Positions 61,903-64,000 of a DNA stretch of 64,000 bases are shown here, in pieces. Below the pieces are notes generated by a model that searched no databases, was not told the DNA's origin, and was given only the letters and a program-made list of their open reading frames with translations. Position 1 is the stretch's first letter. Each line of letters begins with the position of its first letter. The DNA comes from Microcoleus sp. (lineage in GTDB: Bacteria > Cyanobacteriota > Cyanobacteriia > Cyanobacteriales > Microcoleaceae). A program made the translations under genes and the position numbers. The DNA is taken from positions 64,001 through 128,000 of the forward strand of contig JAYFMW010000030.1 of assembly GCA_042408215.1 (NCBI GenBank), given 5' to 3'.

Positions 61903-62875
61903 TAGCAACCGCCTTGGCGGTTATGGTGTAAAGTGGAAGTAGTCTCTTATCCATTATGCTGTTTACCCGAGGGCACGACTCATGCGAAAACCGTACAGTT
62001 ATGACCTACGTCAGAAAGTCATTCAAGCTATCAAACTAGATGGCTTAAAGATTAGTGAAGCGAGTATACTATTCAGTATCAGTTGCAACACAATCAGCTT
62101 ATGGTTGAAGCGACAAACGGAAACAGGAGACTTTTTAGCATTACCGAATCAGCCTCGCGGTAACGGTCATAAAATTACTGATTGGGAGAAGTTTCGTGAG
62201 TTTGTCAAGACTCATGGGGATAAAACTCAAGTTGAAATGGCCTCACTTTGGGATGGAGAAATTAGCGATCGCACAATCTCGCGGGCTTTGAAAAAAATTG
62301 GTTTTACTCGAAAAAAAAGACCTAGGGCTACCGGGCGCGGGCTGAAGTCAAAAGGCAGGCTTTTGTAACCGAATTGTCCACCATTCCCTCGGCTCAGATT
62401 GTCTATGTTGATGAATCTGGCATGGATAATAGAGACCAGTATGATTATGGTTGGAACCCCGTCATGCCAACGGTTTCATGCACTCAAATCAGGGCGACGT
62501 GAGGATAGGGTAAATATGATTGCTGCTCTATGTAACCAAAAAATCCTCGCCCCTTTTACCGTTGTTGGAGCGTGTAATCGAACAGTTTTTGAAATTTGGC
62601 TAGAAACTTGTTTACTGCCAACACTTGTGACAGGACAGGTGGTAGTGATGGATAATGCCACGTTTCATAAAGGTGGCAGAATTGAGGAATTAATTCAAAG
62701 TGTAGGGTGTAAATTGTTGTATTTACCGCCGTACTCCCCAGATTTGAACAGAATTGAAAAATGCTGGTCGTGGCTCAAAAGTCGCATCCGCAAACAATTA
62801 GATCGGTTTGATTGTTTACGTGATGCGATCGAAGATCTTCTAGAGCTTGCATCCTAACCGCCAAGGCGGTTGCTA
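61903..62875 (+). mobile_element. IS630-family element; split transposase 61982-62857 with an A8 slippage site and further frameshifts
   Basis: TIR TAGCAACCGCCTTGGCGGTTA flanked by TA; YSYDLRQKV, VYVDESG, MDNATFHK, LPPYSPDLNRIE. Confidence 0.92.
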
Positions 62876-64000
62876 TAGCTAGAGTCCTCTGGCTTATTGC
62901 CAGCCACTTTGTCTCCAACTCTGAATGCTTTGAGCGGGTCGGAGCAAGGGACGCCCGTGAGTAGTTCTGTCAATTTTTGCTTGTCAGAGAGGGTGAGTTT
63001 TGCGATCGAATTGCACAGTTGCAAAATAGTTGGGTTTTCATCCGCAGAGTCCGCAGTCGCCCTCTGTGCAAGGATTGTTGTCGCAGAGGCATCCGCAGAG
63101 GCATCCGCAGAAAAAGTTGTTTTCTGCGGATGTTCTGCGGATGTTTTAACGACAGAACAAGGTTCTGCGGACTCTGCGGATGATTTCTCACTATGTTGTT
63201 TGCGGATACCCAAATAATAGGCATTACCCATTTCTCGTCCATTTAGTTGAGCTTCAGTGTGCCGATGTTTCTCCAGCTTAGGGAAAATCTCACAAAGTCG
63301 AGCGTACAACTGGTTGATAGCCTTCACTGGCTTATCCCACTGGTTAGGTAAATCATTCCAAACCAGCTTATCCTTGCCCTTCTCATTCCACTCAATCTCA
63401 AGTATCCCCGCCTCTTGATACCACTCTTGTAACTCGTTCCATAAGTCCTTGGCGTAAACGCGATCGCCCTTGCCAGATTCATACCCCAAGTCCCTCACAA
63501 ACTGCCACAAGTGCCGGCTTTCCTCCTGAGCTTCCCGCATAGCCTCACGGGTTGCCTTGTAGTCAATCCCCTCTTTCAGTAGCAGTGGCAACCGCTCCAA
63601 CATCTTGTTGAGCATTGCCGGCGCAATCCGCTCAAGGATAAAGTGCTCATCATCCTTAAAGCGCGGGTCAGCCTCTAATTCACCCTGAGACGGGTCAGCA
63701 TTATGCTTGTAAGTTTTCTTGAAACTCAGGATGCCGTAGCGGTCATCAATTGCAGCCGTCCCCCCGGTGATGGACGGTAGTTTGTTGCAGTTGGCGAAAA
63801 AGACGGCCGCAGGCTTGTACTCATAACCATCCTTGCCCTTGCGTTCAATATCAAGAATGTCCCCTGTAATTAACTGCTTAAGACTCTGGATGGTGTCTAG
63901 GTCTATTTTTGCAGTATTCTCGGAGGCCCAATTACAAATACTCCCTTCAATTCCTGCTAGAGAGAACTTGCGGCCATTGTCATAGGACTTGAAGTCTGAC
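62876..64000 (-). CDS. Plasmid/phage primase-associated SF3 helicase (D5/P4-like), 5'-partial, C-terminus cut by IS630
   Basis: Frame is open from 63999: NWASEN...LKQLITGD..IERKGKD...FFANCNKLP...DDRYGIL. Confidence 0.8.

Noticed and set aside
63035..63185. TCCGCAGAG repeats as iterons
   Set aside because: They are in frame within the primase-like CDS (SAE/SAD); cannot be separated from low-complexity coding, although a dual role is not excluded

Overview
Accessory, plasmid-like DNA from a filamentous cyanobacterium. This is inferred from abundant HIP1 GCGATCGC sites, STRR heptamers and AGAAACCGGGTTTCT palindromes; the plasmid origin is inferred from the gene content. From left to right the window holds: (1) an RHS polymorphic toxin locus, with an RHS-HINT-toxin/immunity pair, an orphan frameshifted deaminase toxin with Imm5-like immunity, and a second giant N-truncated RHS; (2) a small operon hit by an IS605 (TnpB) element and a group II intron; (3) a replication module of RecD/Dda-like helicase, 20-bp tandem repeats, dnaN, dnaX with an early stop, a heptamer-flanked four-helix-bundle gene and holA; (4) six tiny genes, mostly His-rich and/or membrane microproteins, around a 49-bp palindrome, next to an HTH-DUF1822 regulator and a 2000-aa CHAT-STAND-WD40(PDZ) protein, which is the best candidate for an undescribed system; (5) AlkB, decayed toxin-antitoxin modules, a MrfA/Hrq1-like helicase, a methylase-like ORF, and an IscB/omegaRNA element followed by a 5-unit palindromic array; (6) a two-component pair, conjugation remnants split by a GmrSD gene, several IS elements, and PolA-like and primase/helicase genes truncated by IS630. 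Many genes are inactivated, which suggests a decaying element, although single-base frameshifts could be assembly errors.
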